The notes beneath the pieces were generated by a model. It was given only the letters and a program-made list of their open reading frames with translations, did not search any database and was not told the origin of the DNA. DNA of 64,000 nt, taken from contig OX597816.1 of NCBI GenBank assembly GCA_951406725.2, positions 158,968,001 through 159,032,000 of the forward strand, written 5' to 3'. Below are positions 27,206 to 39,476 of the stretch, piece after piece (position 1 is the first letter of the stretch; every line of letters starts with the position of its first letter). A program made the translations under genes and the position numbers. Origin of the DNA: Octopus vulgaris. Its lineage: Eukaryota.

Positions 27206-27824
27206 ACCAGCTGCGATTTCAATAAAGGCAATAAAATTTGTTCAGTGGAGTAGAAGCTATAGAATTAAAAAAAAGGGGGGGGGGAAGAAAAACGAAAAGA
27301 AAAGGAAAAGAAAAGAATACAAGTGGGTGTTTATGGGTTGATATCTTCACCATTGTCCTATCTCTATCGACACCATCTGTGAATACGTGACTTGCCTTGT
27401 AAATAACCGTACTCTTATTTGTCAAGTTCATCTCTCCTTGCATATAATTATATGCCTTACAGACCAGTTATCTAACATTATCCTTTCAGCTTTTAGGGAT
27501 TGGTTTTTCCTACTTCCCCTATTACGCCGAACAAAGAGCCAAGAACCCTTCCTTTCAAAAACTGTAAACATACATTGTTAGAAACCATTTGTGTGCGTTT
27601 ATATGAGTGTGGCAGGGTTATCAATAAACATTTCTTAAATTGGCTGATAATACCATAGTGTAGGTGTAAGCACGAGGTGAACTGAACGCACGACCCAGTT
27701 TCTGTCCCAGGTTACGCTATTTCATTTCATTCATGTATATTGGAAAGGACTTAACGCCACAGCACTCCATTTCCAGAAATCATCCTTCTATAGCCTTCTA
27801 CAAGCTATATCCATAAAAGGGATT

Positions 27825-28233
27825 GGATATTTTCGGTTTGAACGGCAGTTTTTCTAGCGGTGTCGTATGAAATTGTCACCCATAATTATGATCCTAGTAT
27901 CGATCTATTGCATTTCAATCTGTTTTAGGGTTAGGGTGGGGGAAGGGTATCTTTTTTTCTTCACAAATGTAAATAAACCCAATCTGTTTCTTAAACGAGG
28001 GACATATTCATACGGCACAGAATGTTTTCACCTCAATAGACGTCATTGATTGGTTGAAATTGCAGAAATTGCAGAAAAAACAACAACAAATATCTTACAA
28101 ACTATAGAATTTTCTCAATAAAGCCAAGAGAAAAAGTTGCTTTATAAACACATTCTACCAGTATACGAAGTTTAAAAGTGTTTAGTTACGTGGAAATTAT
28201 TTTTAAAAACTGCCGTTCAAACCGAAAAGATCC
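27825..28233. mobile_element. MITE, Merlin-like, second copy
   Basis: Same TIRs and body as 13568-13996; 8-bp TSD aagggatt. Confidence 0.9.
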
Positions 28234-28279
28234 AAGGGATTTTGAATACAACAATGTTAATCAATGAAATACTCGTTAA

Positions 28280-28492
28280 CTCCTTGCAGACGGATTTAGC
28301 ACTAATAATCTGTGCTGTGTACCGGCATTAGGCCGTTCACTAGCTACATAATTTTTCATACTAGGAATTTTACAGTGTATTTCCTCAGTGTGGCATATTT
28401 GAGAACGCAGTGCCGCACAGAGCGAGACATCACATAGTGTTCACACACATAGTGTTTCGATGCGGTCAGTACCGTTTCCCGTTTGCAAGAGG
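28280..28492. mobile_element. piggyBac-type MITE
   Basis: TTAA on both sides; imperfect TIRs ctccttgcagacgg / ccgtttgcaagagg. Confidence 0.7.
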
Positions 28493-28819
28493 TTAAATAG
28501 AAACCACAATCGCAGTACTATCATTGCGGTTTATATTTTACGTTAGAGCAATTTCCCTTCCCTTGTGTCACTACTATTTGGCGTGAATGCGACAACCTAA
28601 AATTTCGCTCCTGTTTATAAATCTCAAGTTTTACGCTTAGTCGAAAGTAGTCCACAAATATTTATTTCCGAGTGCAAATTACAAGTAGGTTCCAAGTGTA
28701 CGGAGTTCGTGATACAGCTTCGATTTTTTTTATTTTCGGTTAAGATCGTTTCACTTCAACATTGTGTCAATTCCTTTCCTTTCTACAAAACCTTATGGTT
28801 TTACATGAAATCAATCAAA

Positions 28820-29080
28820 AATTAAAAAAAAGGGACCATAGGTCCTTCCCGAGCCATATGCGTTTAAAACCGTTTTCTCGGATCCTGTATCGTATATATT
28901 CCAATCACAGACGGGGCGCCGGTCCGTCACAGGATTATTCATTTTTGCCCGCTGAGTAAACTGGAGAAATATGAAATAAAATGTTTTGCTCAAGAACACA
29001 ACGCATCGCCCTGTCCAGGAACTGAAACCATAATCTAATTAACATGAATGTCACACTCTAACCAATAAGCCACGCGCCTC
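28820..29080 (-). mobile_element. SINE family C-related, degraded
   Basis: Head gaggcgcgtggcttattggttagag; ttcttgagcaaaacattttatttca..ctccagtttactcagc. Confidence 0.7.
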
Positions 29081-29820
29081 TACGCGTGAAATCAATAATG
29101 GGTTCTTTCTTTTTATAATAGATTTTAACATTCGATTTCAATCAATATATTAATGACACTTAATTGTCAGCACAATCAAGATGGCAGTGAATGGTTATGA
29201 AACGCTTTGGTACAGCCGTTTCGGCGCTGCTTATATGACGTTGCTGATTTGATGCTGGCTTATTTGATATCATAATGTTGTTTTCGCTTTGATATTTCTC
29301 TATTCTCTCTCTCTCCCTCCCACACCTCTGTCCCCTTTCTCCACTATTTCACCGTCCCTCTCCGTCTCTCTCCTTTCTTTTTCCGTACCTCTCCCTCTCT
29401 CTCTCACCTTCCTTTTCTGTTTATGTCCATGAACATATTTCTCTTCCTGTGTATGAAGAGAGGAAAGTTTATGTCAATCGTATTCAATTAATAAATTGTA
29501 ATGTATCTCTCTCCCTCCCCTTTCTCTCACTCTTTCTATTTGTATGTGCATATTCTTGTGCATGCATGTGTGTATGCGTTTGCCTCCAGTGCTAAAAAGT
29601 ACCGTCGCTAAAACAGGCTGAGAATCCAGTCAGCTGAGCAAATCATCCGCGTCCAAGCAGCTGCGTCAAATAGCCTCATTCCAATAGTAAATGCTGGCAA
29701 GTTCAGTGAATCTATTTCAGTTTAGCGCTAATCTCTGTTTTGCTTTTTAATAATGAAGCAGAATATATTGTCAATTGGTGAACTCCAATATACTAACTGG
29801 TATTTATTTCCTTGATATAT

Positions 29821-30132
29821 GGGAGATAAGGCACAAGGCTTAGTGGTTAGAGTATTCGACTCACGATCATTAGGTCGCGAGTTCGATTCCCGGCGGCACG
29901 TTTAGTTTTTGAGCAAGACACTTTATTACACGTTGCGCCAGTCACTCAGCTGCCAAAAATGAGTTGTTATTCAAAGGCCCAGCCTTGTCACATTCTGTGT
30001 CGCGCTGAATCTCTGTGAGAACTGCGTTAAGAGTACGTGTGTTTGTGGAGTGCTCAGCACGTTAATTTCACGAGCAGATTGTTCCGTTGACCGGATCAAA
30101 AGGAACCTTCGTCGTTGTAACCGACGGAGTGC
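29821..30132 (+). mobile_element. SINE family C
   Basis: ggcttagtggttag and gttcgattcc boxes; 3' ~160 bp shared with 17189-17560. Confidence 0.85.
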
Positions 30133-30864
30133 AACATATGCGAGATTTAAACTCAAAACTGCAAGACCTTGAACTAGAGAATATAAAGTTTGTCAATCAG
30201 CTAATTACCATTTTATCCATCTTCCACATTTCATCTAAGTGTATTACTAATAACGGATTTTCAGGCTACAAATTTATGTTATTTGATGTCCATAATTTTA
30301 ATAAAGACATCAATTGATTAAGTTCAATCCGGAATCAAACCATATTTCAAATTTTGCTAACCAAGAGTTTACCTCGTGTCTTACAATGCTTGCTTAAATA
30401 CTGTAGAAATGGGCGGGTAACCAGGAAAGTGAAGCAAAATGAGTAATTTCTGATTTATCATTTTCTCTCTGCTTGTCTGAAACTATTACATTGCAAGTAT
30501 TGTGTCATTAGCTTGTACTGTTGCATCATCCATGGCAGAAAAAATTGGCTAGCATAGTTGTTGTTGAAGTTTGAGGGAGTTTAAAACAACATTTTTTTTC
30601 AACAAATTTTACCGCTCTGATTCGGTTGTAATTGAAGTTGCTGACAAAATATCTGGATACTTTTTGATGTTTAACAATCAATATTCTTTTCTCTGTTGGA
30701 TTCCACGTCAATTTTTTCCCCATACTAATGTCTAGTTTGATGATTTTCAAAAATGATATCTAAAGTGAGGGAAAATGAGTAATAGCTAATTTCAATAATT
30801 TTTTCTCTCAAACTACAGGATACATAAATATATCAAAAAGGGAGCGTGAAGACGCTATAGAGAA

Positions 30865-31790
30865 TATTTTATGTTGCTTATGTACAATGCACTGATAGGT
30901 GTCCTCATCTTCTTTGTTGTTATCACAACATTTCGGCTGATGTACTCTCCAATATATATATGGAATAATTTGAGAATTTGGCTTTAGGATCAATATCATT
31001 AAATATGGCTTCGATACTTTGATGACACCTTCATACTCTGGCCCCACCAGGAGGATGTCCAAGTAGTACTAAATCATGTGAACTCAATAAAGCCATCTAT
31101 ACAGTTCACAATGGAAATGGAAAAGACTATCAGCTGGCATTCCTGGACGCATTAATAGCACATACTGAGTATGGGTTCAGGACATCTGTATACCGCAAGC
31201 CAACCTTCACTGGACAATACCTCAACTTCAATTCCCACTATCCATACAGTATAAAGAGAAAGATTGTTCAGTGCCTAAAACAGCGAGCAAAGACTATAAG
31301 TAGCAATCTTGATACACACTACGAAGAAATGATCAGGCTAAGAAACAATCTGTTATGCAAGAACTATGCTAGGACACAATAACTAAGCAGACCTAGTGCA
31401 GATATGAATGTAATGTAGGAACAAGTATTAAGAAAAGATAAAATACTAGGTTTATAAGCCATAAAATTCACGCTACCATTTCTCACAGGCATATAGCATA
31501 GTGAATAAGAGTGCGGACTACTGACCCTCGGATTCCAACTTCAATCACCGTCAGGGACTTGAAAAATAATATCAACAGGAAAATAACATCTGCAACATCA
31601 CCTTAGGAATGAGAACAGTGTACCCCATTAGTCAAATAAAGGGTTGGGTTCGAAATTCTACCAGAACATCTGATGAAGGCTGGTTGAGTACATCTGCCGA
31701 AACGTTGTGATAACAACAAACAAGATGAGGACACCTACCCATCCATTGTAAATAATGTACATAATTCCTCATCCCCAAAATATAGAATAG
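30865..31790 (+). mobile_element. Penelope-like element (Poseidon-like), deleted, with an inverted partial terminal repeat at its 5' end
   Basis: HVNSIKPSIQFTME..FLD..VYRKPTFTGQYLNFNSH; 30865-30951 is an inverted copy of 31681-31765. Confidence 0.85.
31667..31709 (+). ncRNA. Minimal hammerhead ribozyme motif
   Basis: cat-CTGATGA-a-ggctg..ctgcc-GAAA-cgtt-gtg; the inverted copy has the perfect partner cagcc. Confidence 0.7.
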
Positions 31791-32895
31791 TTGTATTTTA
31801 TGTTCAGTCGAGTTTCGTTAATTTCATATCACGTGTCGTGTTTTCATGATCCTCTTTCATTTGACCTTGATATTTAAAATTTTTGTTGCATTTCTAATCT
31901 TTCTGATGTCTGAGGATGGATATTGATGTGTATAAGTCTTTTTTCCAAATGTAATTCTCGAGAATTGAAGAGGCAAATTTACCTTATTCTGTTTTACTTA
32001 TTTTACCCCACCTAAATTTGTTTTTTGTATGCTCAAAGAGAACGGAAGTAACTTTCTGAAATAGTGTTCTGAATATGTTATAGTTTAAATGCAATTAGAG
32101 AAGATCATTTGCTTAGCTGATATAGTTTTTGTGAGGTAGTGTATATTTGTGAAAATATTTTTTTCCTCCTAGTCAAAAATGCAGTAAATATCAATCATTC
32201 CCCCCCCCCTACAACTATCTAATACATTACAGTGATGACTACAATCGGTTAAATCAACTCCCTAGTACTTGACAAGCAATTATTTTATTGATCACGGAAT
32301 GATAAAAAAAAAATTTGACAACGTTGAGATTTGACATCTGTATGTAAAATGGCTTAACCATAAGCAGCAAATCATTTTAGTCCGTTGCCCTACCTATCCT
32401 GTCATCGAAAACACAAAAGAAACAAAGAAACATCTGAGTCTTGTACTTAGAAGACAACTAAAGCATTTACATGATGACCGCAATGACACTACTATCTCAT
32501 AACTTCGTTGCAGGAGTGTTGTTACTCTCCCTACAAGGAAAAATGTGGTCAAAATAAGAAGCTTTGTATAAATACACCTTTTGCTTGATAACATCCGGTT
32601 GGCACACCGAGACTATTAAACAATCATAGTCTATACTAGACGCGCCTAAACCCGATAACTCTCTCGTTTACCACCTCCGCCATTCCGTATTTGTCTCTCT
32701 GTCATACGGACACATGAAAAACAGACTATATAACTTCAGAAAATATCCGGTTTCGGACATATTGACGTCTCTAGGAAGAGAAAAGTAATTGACAGCGCTT
32801 GTTCTTTGTCTCCGTTAAGCTAAATAGATATGAAGCTTCAAAACAAACTAACTGGAAACATGGAGATGTTTGTGCTTTCTCCAATGTCACAGCGT

Positions 32896-33172
32896 GAAGG
32901 CGTTCAGCCTGGAGGTTTAGAATGTTACAATCACAACCACATGATCGTGGTTTAGATTCCCGGACCGGGCGATGCGCTGTGATCTTGAGCAAAACATTTT
33001 TATTTTTAGTTGGCTCCAGTCAACTTAGCTGTAAATGAATAACCCTGCGTAGATTGGCATCCCCTTAAGGGGACATGTTGTGGTCTCAGTTACATATAAA
33101 CTGTGATAACCTGGTAAACGGCTCTATGAGCCCCAGGACTCGAGACATTAATGTTCAAGGGTTGATGATGAC

Positions 33173-33175
<3 letters not shown>
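32896..33175 (+). mobile_element. SINE with a family-C head and centre but a different 3' half and (GAT)n tail
   Basis: cttgagcaaaacattt..ctccagtcaacttagctgtaaatga, then aaccctgcgtagattggcatcccc. Confidence 0.7.
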
Positions 33176-33204
<29 letters not shown>

Positions 33205-33460
33205 CGATGACGACGATGATAAGTGTGATAACTAAGGTAATGTATTTCAATGACTGGAAGTTGAATCAACTTCGTAACTCATACCTCTAATACTCGTGGG
33301 CAATGACTAAAACCAACACTCTAAAACCAAAGTCTCACAGACGCACGGTATTTCGCTCTGCTTCTTCAAACACCACAACAATGGCTTCTGCTCTGCTATA
33401 CTACCTAATTGCTTACCCTCTCTGCTAAGGACAACTTGATTCACTGGTCTCACCTCTACC

Positions 33461-33832
33461 CAGCGCTGGGTAGCATAAATAAGTATGTGCTTAGGGCATC
33501 GAGGGAAGGGGGCACCACAGAAATGGTAAATAGTTTACGGCACACTTTAAACTTGCTAAAATCATATTCGGGATGCCTTTATCTCTGCTAAGTATAGATG
33601 CAGATGTGTTACCTAAGATTAATTTTGAGGATCTGATCAAAGGCTTTGCAATTAAAAAAAAAACTTTACAAATATAAAGTGGAAGTATTCAAAAATAAAC
33701 ATAATTTTCCATATTTTGTTTCATTTTGAAAATAAAGATTTATTTTATAGTTTATTATTGTTTATATTTTTAATTACATATATATGGGGACGCCAAAATC
33801 TTTTAAATGCAATGGGCCATAATTCGGCTCTG
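33461..33832 (+). mobile_element. hAT-derived non-autonomous element
   Basis: 8-bp TSD cctctacc; CAG-starting imperfect TIRs; INFEDLIKGFAIKK resembles a hAT transposase C-terminus. Confidence 0.7.
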
Positions 33833-34443
33833 CCTCTACCCGTGTCTTATCCCCTACAACCCGTTCCTAACGCTTCACCGAATACTTTCTTGCTAAGTAT
33901 AGAAGCCTCTGGACTTTCCTCAGCGTCCATAAATTCCCTTCACACACAGACCAATGGGAGAAGTGAAAGTCAATCATATTGATCTCATCAATCAGTGACC
34001 ACCTAAAAAGGTTATTGGTATATATTTCTCATAATAAAAAAAATTATTACATCTCTTCTACCTGACATGAGTATCACAAAAGTGAGTTCTGAGTTAGTTA
34101 CAATGTCCTCCAATAGTTGTAGGGTTGTACCTGTAATTGGATTCTTAGATTAAATACAATTAGATTTGAAAACCACTCAATTGTTGTCTGATATAAGAAA
34201 ATAATGGGATTTATTACAAGAGAGATTAACTGGTCTAATTATTAAAAAATAGATCCGACCACAGAGAACAACCAGTGATATTATTCACTTCCAGAAAAAA
34301 AAGAGAGGAAAACATAACCTCTTTAATATCCAAGGTGAAGATGTCAACATGGCGCCTTCACTCAGATTACTGAGTGTGGGTGAGCATAAATTAGACAATC
34401 TTTGTTAAACAATTTATTCATTAATACTCGAAATATATATATA

Positions 34444-34669
34444 TTCTTTTACTCGTTTCAGTCATTTGACTGCAGCCATACTGGGGCACCATTCTGAAGA
34501 ATTTCAGTCAAACAAATCGCCCTTGGTGCTTACTATTAAATCTGTTACGGATTCTATCACTGCCTTTTGGCAAACTGCTCACAAACTAACACCAGTTGTC
34601 AAGCATAAACATAAGCACACACACACAATCACACGTATATATATATATATGTATAAGGGTGACTTGTTT

Positions 34670-34710
<41 letters not shown>

Positions 34711-34869
34711 CAGGTACAACAGACTTTTTTCAATTTCCGTTAACCAGATCCACTCCCAAGGTTTAGTCAGCTCAAGGCTATAGTAGATGACCACCAGGGT
34801 TCCACGCAGTTGGGTTGAACCTGGAATCATGTGGGGAGGAAGCAAATTTCTTACTACACAGCAATGCCT
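34444..34869 (-). mobile_element. SINE family A, old
   Basis: tttcagtcatttgactgcagccat tail and gaacctggaatcatgtgg head. Confidence 0.8.
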
Positions 34870-35791
34870 AATCAAATTTACAATATTTATTGGTCGATTC
34901 ACAATGAACGGTTAACCTCTTTTAGTTCTGCAACTTGATAATCAAAACGATTACGTTGCCAGCATTCGGTCCAGACATCTAGTCTGGGAGTAATTTCCTC
35001 CCATTTGTCTTGGACACACTGAAAAGGACTATGCGCGTTTCCCTTACCGCTCTGGAAAATATGCTTCGATACAGACCCTGACTCGCATGCACCGCAAGTA
35101 AATGTAACATTTATGCAAGGAATACGTATGTTCAACAGATGAACTGAATTAACAGAAAAAAACCCAGATGACATCAAGTTGCAGAGCGCAGAAATTCATT
35201 TCCAAAAACTGGCCCGAATTGCAAACAAGGTGAACATCCGACGATGTAACAGCTGCGGATATGGCTGAAGAAAAAGTAATAGCAAGAGTAGAGATGGACT
35301 AAGAGAATTTAAGTTGTCCATTAATACTTGTGGGTAAGTAAAGGCTTTGAGTAAAGATTATATTCTTGCTGTGGTTATGGAGGAGGGTTGAAGGAACGGT
35401 ATAACAAATTAAAACGCCTATCTACGAGTCTAGAGATTGCTTGTGTGTTTTAACGAATATGATGAAAGTGACCCGAAAGCAGTGACTTAAATTAGGTCCG
35501 GTTTCACAGACACACAAGGAAAAAAACTTGGAGTGGCTAGTAAGTGAAAGCTCAGCTTATAAAGATGAAATGTATATGTATAGGTTTTGAAGGCGACATT
35601 AACAAGCGTCATTGTGTTAAAAGCAACAGCCAAAATGTACTCAAATTACACCCCCAACGTCTTAAAAGAGAAATAACACATTGGTTAAAATAGTTAGAGG
35701 AAAGACATTGCCAATTACCTTTCAGAAGGTCTCTAGGAGGGAGAGGAGAGAGGGAGGGTAGGACCAATATATCCTCAAGATGAAGGCATGA

Positions 35792-36058
35792 AGGTGGCGA
35801 GCCGGCAGAAACGTTTGCATGCCGGGCGAAATGCTTAGCGGTATTTCGTCTGCCGCAACGTTCTGAGTTCAAATTCCGCCGAGGTCGACTTTGCCTTTCA
35901 TCCTTTCGGGGTCGATTAAATAAGTACCAGATACGCACTGGGGTCGATGTAATCGACTTAACCCCTTTTTCTGTCCTTGTTTGTCCCCTCTTTGTTTAGC
36001 CCCTTGTGGGCAATAAAGAAATAAAAGATGAAGGCCCTTGTGGGCAATAAAGAAATAA
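35792..36058 (+). mobile_element. SINE family B (Nin-domain-like), full length
   Basis: B box gagttcaaattcc; 15-bp TSD aagatgaaggcatga; 34-bp tail duplication. Confidence 0.92.
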
Positions 36059-36184
36059 AAGATGAAGGCATGACCCGAATACTTGCAGCAGAGCAGATTC
36101 TGTTTAGTCACCCAACGTGTCAGGTGGTGTTAAACTGAGTGACAGATTTAAGCTTACCACCCAAGTCCGAGATATCTGAAAAAA

Positions 36185-37740
36185 AGAGACGGTCATGGAT
36201 GGAATGCCTTTGATGATAGCTCAGCTCAATAAGGACCAACCTAGAAAATGCAGAGCAACAGCAAGAACATTAACATAACGAGCTCATCTTACTAAAACTT
36301 GTTATTTTTAATAACAACCTAACTTCCAGCAAATCATACCTTGTTGTCATTAAAAATATATGCTCATCGGATAATGATATATCATGTCTTAAATGAAAGA
36401 TGAGATAATTATATCTGGGATCTTTATGGTCATAGGTCTGCTTAGTCAAGAATGTTTTGCACTAAACCAAACAATATTACGATAATAAACTTATACATAC
36501 CATCACTCTACTCACCAATCATTCCGTCAGCTTACACGCAACAATTGGACTGCCTTGGCATATTCACAAACACCATGACTGAGTGACATTTCGGCATACA
36601 AACATATCTGGTAACAAAATATATATATATAAGACACATCTAATATCTACAATCACATAGCAAGCAATATTCCAAACTACGATCTACTGACTGTCTGCTG
36701 ATCAAATCACAACACATCAATAATCAAATGAAACGTTATATGAAGCAAAAAGCTGATTAGAACAACTTCTAACCAGAGAGACAACAAAGAACTCTATGTG
36801 GTCGCTCGACTTCTTAGAGAAAGTAGCCAAATTCCCCTCAGATTTCACTTCACCACTTTACAAAGGAAAGCAATTTGAATAATAGTCATGAGTATATTGT
36901 CTGAGAATAATATAAGATGGTCATGGCTGGAATTCGGTGGTCATGGCTCTAGTCATTCAGAATTAATTTCATGTTAAACATGAACTACATTATCTAACAC
37001 AAATATTTCTGTATTACAGACATTCAACAAAACAATGGTTTCTAAATTATGCACAAGGCCGGTAACTTTGATGAGAAAAGATTAGTCGATACCATCAACC
37101 TCAGTGGCTCGTTGGTAGTTTATCTTATTGATCTTGGGGTGGGGAATGAAAGACAAAATTGACCTTTGTTAATACGTACACACATACACACTCGAGCGCC
37201 GGCACATCTGCATCTGTACGCGCGCGAGAGTGTGCGTGTGTACGAGTGACTCTTCATAGGCGAGTATTATTAACTAATAGGTAACTGTTACTACTAGAAA
37301 ATGTAAACTAATAAACAACCAAAAGGTTATAGACTTCAAGAACATCGTATGTTTGCCCACTGTACCATCTATACAGAAGCAAAAACAGATAACTATTTCA
37401 GAATTCATCGCTATTAATTTTTACTGCATTACTTCCACCATTGTTTTGTCTTCTTTTATAATTTCATTCACTTCTAGGATGCATTGTTATAATATAACTC
37501 AATACTCGATGGGCACTTTATTTTACGTACCATGAAAGAATGAAAAACAAAATTGACTTCGGTAGGATTTGAACTCACAACGTAACGATCCGTTACTAAA
37601 TACCATAAGGCAGCGATATTTTCTAACAATGTTTCTTTGACGACATTACCTAATGTATCTTTCGTTTACAGCGCAGTAAAATGAGATCGGAAGAGATTTT
37701 GCTGTTACTTCTAGCGTCTCTATACATACTACACACATTC

Positions 37741-37792
<52 letters not shown>

Positions 37793-38005
37793 ACACAAAT
37801 GGAGTTTTACGTATATATTTACGTGAATCTCTCTTGTCGCTCGAGTAGCTACAAATAGCAGCCAAATCTCCATCAAAACTTATATCACGTAAATAGGAAC
37901 ATGTACTGAATATGCAATATTCTTGAAACATGGGATGGTCACATCTTGAATACCATTGACCTTAGGTCTGCTCCGTCAGAGTCGATTGGGGGTAAACAGT
38001 AACAC
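36185..38005 (+). repeat. Cluster of degraded family-D copies (~36185-36270, 36320-36475, 36790-36990, 37830-38005)
   Basis: Recurrent agccaaat..gatggtcatggctggaat..cataggtctgct..ctaaac motifs, all on the + strand. Confidence 0.6.
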
Positions 38006-38418
38006 AGTCAAACACACACACTTAAGTGACATAGCCACCCATTCCAAGTTTATACGGGTGTGGACCTATATAGATTCATAGTAACTAGTAACATATTTAC
38101 AAGACTGTAGGGCTGTCTTCTCTTAAACAAAGTAGCCTCGCCATTTTGTTAGGTACCGATTTGCATTCTGAAAAGCAAAACAACTTGAATACATCCCAGA
38201 GTAAAACATAAACAGTATATAAATACGTGCACACACACACACAAACACAAACACACGCTCGTGCGTCGGCACATCAGTGTCTGTACGTGTGTGTGTACGA
38301 ATAACTCTTCATAGGCGAATATTATTAACATAGGAACTACAAATGCATAAATTCAATATGGCGAAAAATATGTTCAAAGCGCCATTGGAATTCATTTGTA
38401 TTCATAGGCAGGATATGT

Positions 38419-38481
<63 letters not shown>

Positions 38482-38532
38482 ATACGTATGAATGTGTGTA
38501 TGTATGTATATATATATATGTATATGTATGCA

Positions 38533-38564
<32 letters not shown>

Positions 38565-38794
38565 CATACACATATATGTATATATATCCGCCAGTGTGTG
38601 AGTGAAAATGTAGCATGATCTTTTAAATTAATAAGGAATTAAAATCACAGAACAAAGGCTGTGAGAGGGAGGAGGGAAGGAAGGGGAAGGGAGAGAGAGA
38701 AAGATAGAGAAACGTACAGAACACGACACACTAGATAATACGATCTTTGGCACCCGGATAGTCTAGGAAAAATACGCACAAAATATGTGTAGAA

Positions 38795-38845
<51 letters not shown>

Positions 38846-38902
38846 TTACATATATATGTATGTATGTATTATGTTTATAAATTTATTTTTAAAATGCATT
38901 AT

Positions 38903-38940
<38 letters not shown>

Positions 38941-39037
38941 CGGAAAGCTTTATGAAAATAGACAAAAGACGAAGGTAGGGGGAAAACAAACAAACAATTG
39001 TATTAGTATGGCGCTCAGGAAATATAAATAAAACAAG

Positions 39038-39075
39038 TCTTTAACGTTTCGAACCTATGCTCTTCAACAGAAAGA
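39038..39075 (-). ncRNA. Variant minimal hammerhead motif (core CUGUUGA)
   Basis: tcttt-CTGTTGA-a-gagc(atag)gttc-GAAA-cgtt-aaaga; perfect 5-bp stem I. Confidence 0.55.
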
Positions 39076-39476
39076 TACACAGAGAGAAAAAAAACACAGA
39101 AAGAAGGAGAGAAAAAAAATGCGTGCAGTAACTAACGAATCAACATGGCGATCTGATTTCGGCCAGAGGTCAAAGATCAAACATGAGACGCGAGAGCGAA
39201 ATAAGGGGAGATAATAGGGTTGATAATAGGGTTGAATGACCCTAGGATAGGTCTGGACAGGCGTATGTAGGGGTTGGTGTATGTATTAGTATGTATTAGT
39301 ATGTATTAGTACGTATTAGTATGTATAAGTGTGTGTGTGTGTGTATGAGAGAGTATAAGTGCGTATGAGGGGTCTGGACGTGTGTATGTATAGGGTTGGT
39401 GTATGTATTAGTATGTATTAGTATGTATTAGTACGTATTAGTATGTATTAGTTGGTGTATGTATTAGTATGGCACA

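Noticed and set aside
34899-35177. 92-aa ORF with protein-like composition, plus a nearby GTAAGT donor at ~35334
   Set aside because: No recognisable motif; + strand frames from the candidate acceptor hit stops
38148-38390. YY1-like aaaatggcg motifs as a promoter
   Set aside because: Short motifs alone are insufficient; no other promoter evidence
39250-39475. Short repeats resembling a CRISPR-like array
   Set aside because: Simple (atgtattagt)n and a tandem duplication within a PLE 3' region; no unique spacers; eukaryotic context
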